A DNA stretch of 62,420 nt, counting the filler, from Choristocarpus tenellus KU-1152 (Eukaryota; Protista; Phaeophyceae), in assembly GCA_964200185.2 (NCBI GenBank). It is 9 parts of 9 records of this genome, joined end to end, with 100 filler letters (N's around TTAATTAATTAA, not from the genome) between each part and the next. Parts side by side here need not be neighbours in the genome. Positions count along the whole stretch, not along the records: positions 1 to 9,940 come from CAXNAD020003263.1; positions 10,041 to 13,807 come from CAXNAD020018050.1; 7 more parts are not named here. One strand, written 5' to 3'. The notes under the pieces were generated by a model. The model did not search any database. It saw only the letters and a list, made by a program, of their open reading frames with translations, and was not told the DNA's origin. The translations under genes and the position numbers were made by a program. This document shows, one piece after another, positions 1 to 10,191 of the stretch; positions within the stretch are counted from its first letter, which is position 1, and the number at the start of each line of letters is the position of its first letter.

Positions 1-1139
1 TATGTTGTATACTTGTGTCAGCACAAACAACGTAAGGATAACACTAGGTTATTCGACAAACTGTTTGTATATTATATCGTCAATAACAACTTATACGTGG
101 ACCACAATGTCGACAATAGGGAGGTAGAGGACGACGACAACCTCTTCTTTTGCCTTAATGGACAACACCGCATAATGGTGTTGAGGATCATCGAGTGTGT
201 TGCAAAGGAGGACATTGTCCCTTGTGGCATCAACCTCCCAGCCCATGTAGCTCACGGACGAGGTCAAGGAGCAGTATTTCGCAACAATGTGCACGGATGT
301 CCTCACTGGAGCCGGCTTAGCCATCCTTAGAGGGGAGACTCCCCAAGGCCATCGCTGGCATGACATTGTCGAGGTGGCTGCCCACGTCTTCTCAGAACAA
401 GATTACGCCAGGAGAGCGACAATATGTTTTAGAAAGACTGAAGAGACTCTGAGGTAGAAAAGGTATATACAGTATTCTCCTTCCTTATGGCAAGGCGGGA
501 GATGCGCATTAACACATAAACATCATGAAAAAAAGCGCTCATCAGAACAAGCTGCTAAAATATTGCCTACTGACACGCTCTTGTTGACATATGTTGTCGG
601 GACGGAGACATTTCCAGAGGAATGGGTAAGTTGATTTTGACCGTGACGATTCAAGTAACGTTTATACGCATACACCCCCTCCTGACCCCGCAACAGCCGC
701 AATGTTTACCGTCTAGTTTGTGCCTCGTGAGGCAGACACCCATGTCATCCATGTGACTTACCGTTCCACTACCCATGTGCTTCTCCATGACAGTTCTCCC
801 ACCCTCTTAGGAGTGTCTGGAACAAACGGCCCCTGGCCGACCAGGATAAAGGGAAGAAGAAGACTAGAGGAAAGAGGAAGAAGAATAGACCAGGAGTCGG
901 CGATCCAGACACGGTGTCTGCCGCCCAGGCAGTGGAGGAGTGGCCGTCTCAACCCTGGAAAGTCCAATTGGCATACATGAGACGTATGCACACCAAGAAT
1001 GTCCTCATCAAGAGGGCTGTCCTGGAGGTCGTCATACAAGTTATGAACGACCTAAAAAGGAAAGACAAGCTCGGGATATACCCCTACGCCGATGACTCAT
1101 CAGCAGGGTCTTCAGCAGAGCGTCCTCCTACCAAAAAAT

Positions 1140-1395
1140 GAGTGAAATTATCTTAGAGGGTACAAGTTTTTCCCTGTTTGTCCATTGGGGGCTTGGCTTC
1201 CCACGGGGTTCTTATGACATTTTCCTATTTCAAAACTGTTTCGGAGTAGGTACAATGTACACGTTATGAAAAGGTGTCCGGAACAAGGATATTGACACTT
1301 CCTAACAAACACGATAGCCAAAATTATATCAAGATCGCAATAATGCATTTGGCCCCCAAATGGACCCGACTCTACCCTCTAACATACTTTGGCTC
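1140..1395 (+). mobile_element. MITE family A copy 1 (256 bp)
   Basis: TIRs GAGTGAAATTATCTTAGAGGG ... CCCTCTAACATACTTTGGCTC. AAT on both flanks (3-bp TSD). Aligns end to end with the other family A copies. Confidence 0.9.
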
Positions 1396-2623
1396 AATAC
1401 ATCCTCAGCGACGAAGTACTCAACTGTGTGTGAGGTTCATCATCTCATCTCTCCACCGTCTTTCAGTTCGTATCAAGCCACTCCACATTAAACGCCCGAA
1501 TCACACACATTAATGTAACCCATAAATCCACAGGTGGTAAGAGACCTTGTGTTGAGGGAGGATGTGGAGGAGGGTACAAAATACCTGGATATCGTCAAAT
1601 ACTCTGAGAGTGTTACCCTGAACACCAGTAAGCAATTACATCATTGTACAACATTGCCATAGGTTAACATCCAAACATGGTTCCCTACACCAAACACACA
1701 ACCTAGACTCTCACAGATCTTACCGACGTATGACAGTTTCACAACGAGCATTGTCACAGGGTTCTCTGGTTCTTTCAAAGGTTGCGAAGTTGCTCGTCAA
1801 GCAGCTTGATTCATACTTTCGCTGTGTTGTGTACCGATCGACAGAACCCGCAAAAGAAGGGAAATTATGTCGTGGTTACATGCTAGTCCTATTCGCATCC
1901 TCTTCACCCTATGTTACCAGCCCTATTTTTCTTCCTGTTTTAAGGGCTCAAGTAATCCGCCCAAGTTTAACGAACCACTAGTACTCTGATCCATCCATCC
2001 TTTCCTCAGTCCCTGCCTCCTCCTCTGTATCCTGCCTCGCTTACTCCTTCTCACCAACCTCTATCTCATCCCTTGCCTCCTAACGCTAACACCTCCTCCC
2101 GTTGTCTTGACCCCTACTTCACCACGTCCTTTACCTACTCCTCCACCATCGCAGAGATAACTAGAGTCACACCATCGTGATCACCCCAGACGAGAACGAC
2201 ACATCCGAGCACAACCTCGAGAAGTTCAAGTCCGAAACGAGCGCCGCTCACGAGAGAGAAGTCCCCCTTCTCCAGACCCGACCAGGAGGCATGGTAATCA
2301 CATGCACCGCCCTCGGGGACAACCTAGATCTGGATCGTATCAAACTCCTCATAGACAAACTCTCCACCTTCCACAATTTTGCACCAGTGAAGACACCGGT
2401 AGCTGGTGGCGTATCCACGCCTATACCTTATGGAAGACCCAACCCACCAAGTGATGAAGAGGAACAAGATAGCCCATCGCCTAGCCCTGCAGTATATGCG
2501 GGAAGTAGGACTCTACGAGGGGGGAGGTATACAATCACACCCTCAGAAAACGACTGTGAAGGCGATGGGGCCCGACCCGTTTGTAACGATTTGTCATGTC
2601 CAGAGGGACTTGCCCAGGAGGAC

Positions 2624-3415
2624 GTGAGTGGGCGACTGGGCAAGGACTCGGAATCCACGCCTGTCAGGAGTGGCCAGTGTATGTCCCCGAACACCCATTG
2701 GGTGGACAGTGGCGGCGGCGAGACACAAGTGCCAGGGAACACATTCGACCATAGAGCCAAAGTATCTTAGAGGGTAGGACAGCGTCCATTTGGAGGCCAA
2801 AATCCATTGTTGCGATTTTGATGAAAAATTGGCTATCGTGTTGTTAGAAAGTGTCAATATCCTTGTTTTGGACACACCTTTTCATAACATACACATTTTT
2901 CCTACTCTGAAACACTTTGGAGTAGGAAAATGTCATAAAAAACCCCATGGGGAACCAAGCCCCAAATGGACAAACAGGGCAAAACTCGTACCCTCTAAGA
3001 TACTTTCATTCATAGCGTGAGGTGAAGTAAGAACCGTGTCGATGCTGATCCTACCCCAACCCCAAGGGACAACCCTTCCAAGAAGGGCAAAGGGAAGTGG
3101 AAAAGGACACTGACTAGGAAGAAGAGGGTTAGAGAAGACACTGAAGACGATCTGGACTGATATCATTGTGAGGGGGCGGCTAGACAAGGACTCAGAGTCT
3201 ACGCCTGTTGGGAGTGACCCCGGAATGTCCCCAAACGTCCATTCGGTGGACAATGGCGGCGGCGAGACACAAGTGTCAGGGAACATATTCGACCATAGTG
3301 TGAGGTGAAATAAGAACCGCGTCCATGCCGATAATATCCCAACCCCGAGGGACAAACCTTCCGAGAAGGGCAAAGGACAGGGGAAAAGGACATTGATTAG
3401 GAACAAGAGGGGGAG
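2624..3415 (+). repeat. Diverged direct duplication (copy 1 ~2624-3130 containing a MITE; copy 2 ~3168-3415)
   Basis: Shared blocks CAAGGACTC.GA.TC.ACGCCTGT, GGCGGCGGCGAGACACAAGTG, TTCGACCATA and GAGGTGAA.TAAGAACCG. Confidence 0.85.
2754..3011 (-). mobile_element. MITE family A copy 2 (258 bp)
   Basis: GAGCCAAAGTATCTTAGAGGG ... CCCTCTAAGATACTTTCATTC. ATA on both flanks. The empty paralogous site is at ~3291-3300. Confidence 0.95.
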
Positions 3416-4855
3416 TGAAGGTGCTGGACAGAAGAGATCCTTCAAACAGCCTTGTGGTTCTCATGGCAGCGCATTAGAACATGGCTTCTTCCACAACGTC
3501 TTCGCTTCTGCCAAAATGGGCAGATACGCAGTAAATCTGTGTTCATCTACATCGAGGTACGACGATGACGACAAAAAATCGTCTCATGGTGATGAGGATC
3601 GTGTCACACAGGACGCAGCCGACACCGGCGATGCATCCGACGTGGGGATCACCGAAACCTTCATGGAGGCGTGTGTTACCGAGCTCCTACGATCGGCAAC
3701 GAAAACTGCTTCTTCACAGTATCAAGTGCAGACTCAAATCCTCACCCAAGTCATATATGACCATGGGTTCAGGCTCATCAAGGCCGGTAAAGGGGCCGTT
3801 TCTCTTGTTTTCGGAGATGAATGCTACGCCCACGAACCCACACAGGTTAAACTCGGCTATCGTGGAGGGAAGCCAGGCAACACGTTGCGTCCCGAGCATG
3901 TGGAAGCGCTCCAGGCGAGGAAGGCTATCTTCTTGAGCCTCGTGAAGCCCGAACCTTGGAACGCCAGGCACTCCACACGTCTAAATCTATGGCACCTTCT
4001 TGTCGAGGCATACCCTAAGCTCACAGAGTGGTGGGAGAAGGGGGACGAATGCAATGTCGAGTCCGCCCACCAATTGAAATAGGGCTTCGGTCGTTTCGGT
4101 TTTTTGTTCAAGTACGGGTAGATTTACAGGTTGTGGTGATTTTATGTATCAGTGTACCTTGCCTTGGTGTCCGGCTACCATGTTCATGCACTTTCCATTC
4201 CATGAGTTATGCATTTAGATAGTGGTATCGGATACACTGCTACCAGTCAGAGTCGTCAGCATATCATATATCATACTCACGTTGAGGATTAGACCTGTGT
4301 TATTATTTGTTTGAAAGAGCGTGTCTGCTACAAGGTTTAGACAACTAAAATATAATACATCAATCAAACAACTCTTCTCCATCTGCTCAGCTAACCTTTC
4401 CAAACAATTCGCCAGGAGCTGCGATGAATACCCTGTTCTTCTCAAAGCCGCTATTTATTCCTTGTACACTATAACGCACCTCCCCCCTTCTTCTCAAGAC
4501 TCTATGCACCAACTCTTGCTTTGTCTAAGTGTCGACAAACTAGACTTGATCTCCTTCTCCTTCGAATCTTGGAGGATTATATACCTAGGTCCATTCACGA
4601 TGCTCCTAAGCACAGCACCAACCCAGGACCTCTGGAAGTGTACCTTGAACTACTTTCAGAGAAACGTACGACAATAGATCTTGACCAATAGCCACTCGTA
4701 TGTACACGTCCATATTCCGTCCACACCTTTTCCCGTACTTCATACCAACAACTTCAACCCTTACACCCTCAGCGACAACCACGTCTTATTACATACTAAA
4801 TCCAAGATATGCACACAAACAAACGAAGTGTTACATATAAACTGTACATGATGTA

Positions 4856-5116
4856 GGGTGGAAATATCTTAGAGGATATGAGTTTTGTCCTGTTTGTCCC
4901 TTTAGTGCTTGGCTTCGCACGTTTTTTGTATGACATTTTCCTACTCCAAAATGTTTAGGAGTAGTAGGTAAAATGTACACGTTATGAAAATGTGTGTCTG
5001 GAACAAGGATATTGACACTTACTAACAAACACGATAGCCAAAATTACATCAAAATCACAACATTGGATTTTGACCCCCAAATAGATACCGCTCTACCCTC
5101 TAACATACTTTGGCTC
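4856..5116 (+). mobile_element. MITE family A copy 3 (261 bp)
   Basis: Full-length match to family A with degenerate TIRs. No clean TSD. Confidence 0.9.
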
Positions 5117-5619
5117 CTCTTGCACACGCCGGGAGAACAGGCCCAAATTGACAGTCCTCTTTTTGTGCACACCAGACACGACTCATGCAAGCAAATAAAC
5201 GAAAAAAAACAACCTCGCAACAGTCCATATTATTTTTTTCAATTCCTCATCCAACAGTGGGAAAACACACCCTAACCGACAGCCCTCTTTATGTGCTAAC
5301 CAAATACCACTCATCCAACCAAATAAACCAATATCCAGCCCTGGAACAGCCCAACCCATATCTCTTATTCTTCATCGTAACTGCACGACCAACATACATA
5401 AACCAATAAACCTGTTTGAACAGACTCGAAATCCGACACATGCAAACACGTCGAAACTCCTAACCAAACCCGATTAAATGGTGGCATATATTTCCATTCC
5501 TCTTGCGTATGCAAGGACAGAAAGGAACCTAACCAACAGTCTTCTTTTTTTTGCTGCCATTTCAAATCCGACACGTGCGACCTAATCATACCAAAAAGCG
5601 AAAATCGAAAAAGGGTAAA

Positions 5620-5659
5620 AAACGGACGCCGGCACCCCCCCCCCCAGATACTTTGGCCC
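5620..5659. mobile_element. Orphan TIR end related to MITE families A/B
   Basis: AAACGGACGCCGGCA-(C)11-AGATACTTTGGCCC carries the shared AGATACTTT-N4-C terminus. Confidence 0.6.
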
Positions 5660-5670
5660 TAGCCCATTCA

Positions 5671-6405
5671 CAGTGGACCGGAATTTCCGCATTGATCTGG
5701 TCTTCCATGCTGGGGCACTTGTAGGCCCTGGATTAGTTCCTTATCGGGGGAAAGGCCTTCTCCCGCATGTTACGTTGACAGAAGTGCAAGCAGTCTGCCA
5801 TCTACCCCACTCATCCACCAGCAATTGGTGCAGCTGCTGCTGGGGCTGAGGTGTGAAAGCGCACCCACTAAGAGGGTTCTTTTGATCCTTGTCGTTTTAA
5901 ACTCAACACGTTCACGATGAAAAGTTTAGGTTGCCTTGGGTAAGCAAGCAGAAAGGTTTTTGAATGAGTTGGCTACATACACAGTACGGGAGAGAGGAGC
6001 GGGAGGTTACAGCAGGAAATGAGCTATCAAATCCCCTTCATGACAGATAGTGTCTGTCACTACACAACAAGTGGCTCTTTCAAGAAGTGTCATGCGTTTT
6101 AAGTTAAGCAGGGGGGTGGGTAAAGAGGGGTCTGTCAGACTCTTGAGATGTTTCTCTAGATCCTCGCCCAGATGTGTAGGTCTAAGCTAGGTTGGAGACA
6201 TAGCAGTAGTGTATACATCGCATTGTAATTACGAGCTTTTATGGAGTGGTGTGTAGTATAGCTGGTAGTCAAATAGTAAATAGATTTTGGAGAGACAACT
6301 TTCACAGCTACGACAACTGTTACTTTTACAGGGGTACTGACGAATTTGATTGTCTTTTTCCCAACACATCTGCAAAATGTCAGAGGGCATAGAAACATAA
6401 TAATA
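5671..6405 (+). mobile_element. Degenerate 3' end of a CRE-like non-LTR retrotransposon (restriction-like endonuclease domain plus 3' UTR)
   Basis: Translation across stops and frameshifts gives NFRIDLVF..KGLLPHVTL..GAAAAGAEV*KRTH*EGSFDP.RFKLNTF..LG..AERFLNELA. This resembles the RLE C-terminus of CRE-type elements. Confidence 0.65.
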
Positions 6406-6765
6406 TTGTCAGTGACAGGGGTCGCCTTTTTGGGATCTCCTGACATCGATGAGGATAATACGCGCAGCCATATACATTTTCGCGCGAAGTCATCCCAAGT
6501 GATGTGGTGTGGGTAAGACGCACAACCGGCTCGCGGTAACCCCGGCATGAACGGTGGATTCAAACCAGCAAAGTCCGTGGTTGTGTTTCTAATCTTACTG
6601 ATAACAACCAATCACGATGGAGACTGCTCGATATGGCACTCTGAGGCTGTCAACATACGCCCAGCATGGCTCGGCATTATATATCACTTCCTTTCTGAAC
6701 CTCCACCTCCTCTCTGGTGGTTCTCATCACCCCTCATAACACAGAACCAAGCCCCATAAGAGTGT

Positions 6766-6814
6766 TACTCACGCCGAGGCTCGAACCCAGGACCTCGGCT
6801 TTATCAGAACCGAC
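6766..6814 (-). pseudogene. tRNA-Ile(GAT)-like 3' half (pseudo-tRNA or SINE head)
   Basis: Minus strand reads GTCGGTT-CTGATAA-AGCCG-AGGTC-CTGGG-TTCGAGC-CTCGG-CGTGAGTA: anticodon stem/loop, variable loop, T-arm with B box and acceptor 3' strand. The D-arm and 5' acceptor strand are absent. Confidence 0.7.
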
Positions 6815-7029
6815 AACACAACAAAACAAGAAAAATATTAACAACAAAAACAATGCTAGATTCTATATTTTTAATTGTCTGTCCATCATCCCAATGACAG
6901 GTCTTGGATGTTCTTCCTGCCTACGTCTTCCTTAAAGATCATCACCAGAGGAAAGAGGAACGCATAAATAACCAACATAATATATATTTAACCACACTAC
7001 AATGTCACAGGAAGGTCAAGCCATTGTTT

Positions 7030-7720
7030 TATTATATTGTCCTTCAACGTTTTGCACATGTGTCAGGGCAAAAACCAATGACAAGTCAATTAAATATCAG
7101 AACCCCTGAAAAAGTAACAGTTGTCGCAAATGTGAAAGATGTTTTTTTATCATCTATTACTATTTTATTGCCACCTATGCTACTCCACTCCCCACCTATG
7201 TCTCCAACTTAGCTTACCCCTACATCCCCAGGCGATAGCTAGGGAATCATCCCAAGAGTTTGACAGGCCCCTTACCCATCTCCCTGGTGTCTCCAGCTTA
7301 AAACGCATGACACGTCTTGAGAGAGCCACTTATGTTGTGACAGACATTATCTGTCGTAAAGGGGATTTGACAGCTCCTTTCCTCTTGTAGCCTCCCTGCC
7401 CTCTCCCCCTTACCGCAAGCGTAGCCAACTCATCCAGAATACTTTCTGCTTGCTTGCCGAGGCGCCCAAAATTTCCACCGCGAAGTTGTTGAGGTTAAAA
7501 CTACGAAGATCAAAAGAGGGTTTCGCGCCTCAGCTACATACAGCAGCAGCTACACCATTGCTGATGTATGATTGTGGCAGATAGAGATGGGAGGGTGCTT
7601 GCACTGCTGCAAATGTGACATCCAGGAGGAGGCCTTTATCTCCGTAGGGGACTGATCATCTGGCGCCCGAAAGTGCCGCAGCATGGAAGATCAGATTCGC
7701 ACGGAAATTCTGATCCACTG
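7030..7720 (-). mobile_element. Second degenerate CRE-like LINE 3' end, inverted relative to 5671-6405
   Basis: The reverse complement aligns along the first copy and encodes KGLLLDVTF..SFDLRSFNLNNFAVE..GRLGKQAESILDELA (with a frameshift). Confidence 0.7.
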
Positions 7721-9940
7721 GCTGCTATCATTTACATACATGTACCTCTTCGCTCCTTTCACTATTCCTTCGGTTTCCTCAGCATATTGTTGTTGGAGGT
7801 TCGGAGAAGATTGCGCATGCACCTTGACGAAAACCCTCTCCAAGCGGTGACTGGTTCATACTCTGTGCGTGTTGGACAAGATCAGGTGAACCTTGACAAA
7901 ATGATGAAAGCTCACACCAAATAACTCTTGAACACGGTTTTCAGAACACCTCTTACATTTCGAAATACCTATTATGTGCACGTACCTCACTACATCCATT
8001 TGCCAAACTTCAAACTTCGAACTGTAGATTCCAAACTGGATTCTATATCTTTGTACTCGGGAAAAAGCGAAGATTCAAAACTGCAATAAATAATAAATAC
8101 GTAAAATGTTCTGCACTTTATATTCTATATTGAATTTTGAAGTATTTAGAACGGGAAAAGATGGTGGGAAGGGGAAATAACCCTGAATTGTGCGGGGAAG
8201 GTAGTGTATTTAGATGTCCATGGAGTTTTATGAAAATATTATTTCAAACTTGGTAAGAAATGGTAGCTAGAGATAGATACAGACAGACAGTAAATAGTGT
8301 TGTGACACCTATAAGTCAGAGTTCAATGGGAGTGTTCGTTGCAGGAACGTTGAGGGTTCAAAGCCGATAGGTGCCAGACTTCTTTTCGTGGAAATCTGGT
8401 TTCAATTATTGTTTTCCACATGTGAAAAACAACAGATTCTACACCCATACATAATAAACGTCAGACAAATATTGATGTTGAAACCTCGAGGCGCGTCCAT
8501 CATCAGAGAAATTCCAGGAAAGAGGTGGATGGATGCTGTACACAACTTACCAGGAGCAAGGGAGAAACGCAAGCAATACACCTCCTTTCCTCAACAAGAA
8601 TAATGTTTGTTTGTGGAACGGGTTTTTTTCTGGTATTGTAACGTTATTGCTGTATGTCATATACCATTATACCGATTGAGGTTCCTTGCCACAAATCCCT
8701 GATTTCACTGGAGGATCTTCGGTGAGACTGAATCAATAAAATCCATGGAATCTCTTCAAGAGACCAGTTCCACACATGCGTCCAGACCTGTCAAACATTA
8801 AGGATTCACTCTGTTCTCACCTCTTCACATTTCTGATGATCCTCTCTCGCAAGATTCTTAGTCAGTCTCCACAGTTTTGTGCAAGCAGTCTTGCACTTGT
8901 CCAACCTTAACCTCGTCCTCTCGGTTACGGTTCGTCTTCGTCCGTCTGGTCCGTCTTGCCCAGTAATTCCCTTCGTCACCCTTCCCTGAGTGAACCACCC
9001 CCCCACAGAATCACACCATTCATAAGTTAGTGCGAGAAGTAGTGCACATTGTATAGTGCCTGCCTCTGAACACGGTCAGGGTACAAAACCCAAGATTAGT
9101 AGTGTGAAGTAAACAACAATATGGAGTCCTGCGTAACGTAGTACGTAGTTACACATACTGCATAATATATGTAGCATCAGTCGGACATCAATTTTATATT
9201 AGAGAGGTTGGGCTGGTGAGGTAAACGGGACTTGATTTGACTTGTAGGCGCCTCTCCCCTTGTTTCTAAAACGGCTTCATAAAGTCAGTTTATAGGAGCA
9301 GTTTCACATGTAGGTCATCCTAATTCCTTGTTTTGAAATGAACAGCTAGTTTGTTGCTCTATCCGAACGAAGGAACTTTCCTACATGCAATACAGACTAT
9401 ATGACAATTACTACTATGACATTATTTTGCGGGTGTTGTCCTGAAGAAGGGAATAAGACGAAAAAACACAGGTAAGTAAGGAATAAACACAACAAAAAAT
9501 GAGGCTGTGTGTTTCTTACCGGAAATATTATTCGGATACACTTACGAGAGATAGTTTTATTTCAAGAAAAGAAAATAAGAATCCTACCAAGACAGATACA
9601 CAGGTGAAACTACTCTTCTCTCTACTGTTGTTCTCGTGTTTTATATTTTTTCTATGTTTCCTCTTTTTCTCAGGTACTCCGCCTGTACATCGATGAGGTT
9701 ACTAGAGTTGCTAAGAATCAAAGTAACCGAGAGGGGTGTATGTTTTTACGGCTGTAAGTTTTGTACGAAGTAATTGAGAGGTGGGCAGTTTTGGATTCTT
9801 TTCATCTAAGCCATCTTTCTTACTCTGTGCAATACACTCTACTTAATTGCTAAATGTACACAGTAGTGTTACAGACGCCCCTCAATGCTCACCTTTCCAG
9901 GATGTACAACTCAAATCCAACGACCTTAAAACGACGCTAT

Positions 9941-10040
9941 NNNNNNNNNNNNNNNNNNNNNNNNNNNNNNNNNNNNNNNNNNNNTTAATTAATTAANNNN
10001 NNNNNNNNNNNNNNNNNNNNNNNNNNNNNNNNNNNNNNNN
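9941..10040. other. Artificial contig-join spacer
   Basis: N44-TTAATTAATTAA-N44 (stops in all six frames). Confidence 0.98.
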
Positions 10041-10191
10041 GAGAACAGCAACAAACCCACCCACATACAGAGCCCCCGCAACCCCTCCTCCTTGCCCCAG
10101 CGCTACCCCTCACCCCATCCTCCCTGGGCCTCCTAACCTTGATTTTTTTTTTCCCTCCTGTATAAATATGCTCACACACACATCACTTCAG

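Larger units (their letters stand above)
2177..4082 (+). pseudogene. Decayed intronless ORF of unknown function, split by a MITE and an internal tandem duplication
   Basis: ORFs 2177-2770 and 3393-4082 are linked by two diverged copies of a repeated coding unit (..GRLxKDSESTP..GGGETQV.GN.FDH..). The MITE at 2754, in-frame TGAs and a frameshift interrupt it. No recognisable domain. Confidence 0.45.

Noticed and set aside
1140-1395. MITEs as introner elements or CRISPR-like repeats
   Set aside because: They lack GT/GC..AG at the termini and sit inside introns or intergenic DNA. They are dispersed rather than regularly spaced.
8700-9006. Possible minus-strand exon(s) ..RLDKCKTACTKLWRLTK..
   Set aside because: No recognisable domain and no consistent spliced model.
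9985-9996. Recurrent TTAATTAATTAA palindrome between N runs as a biological motif
   Set aside because: The identical 44+12+44 layout occurs eight times and gives stops in all six frames, so it is a concatenation linker. Gene adjacency across it is meaningless.
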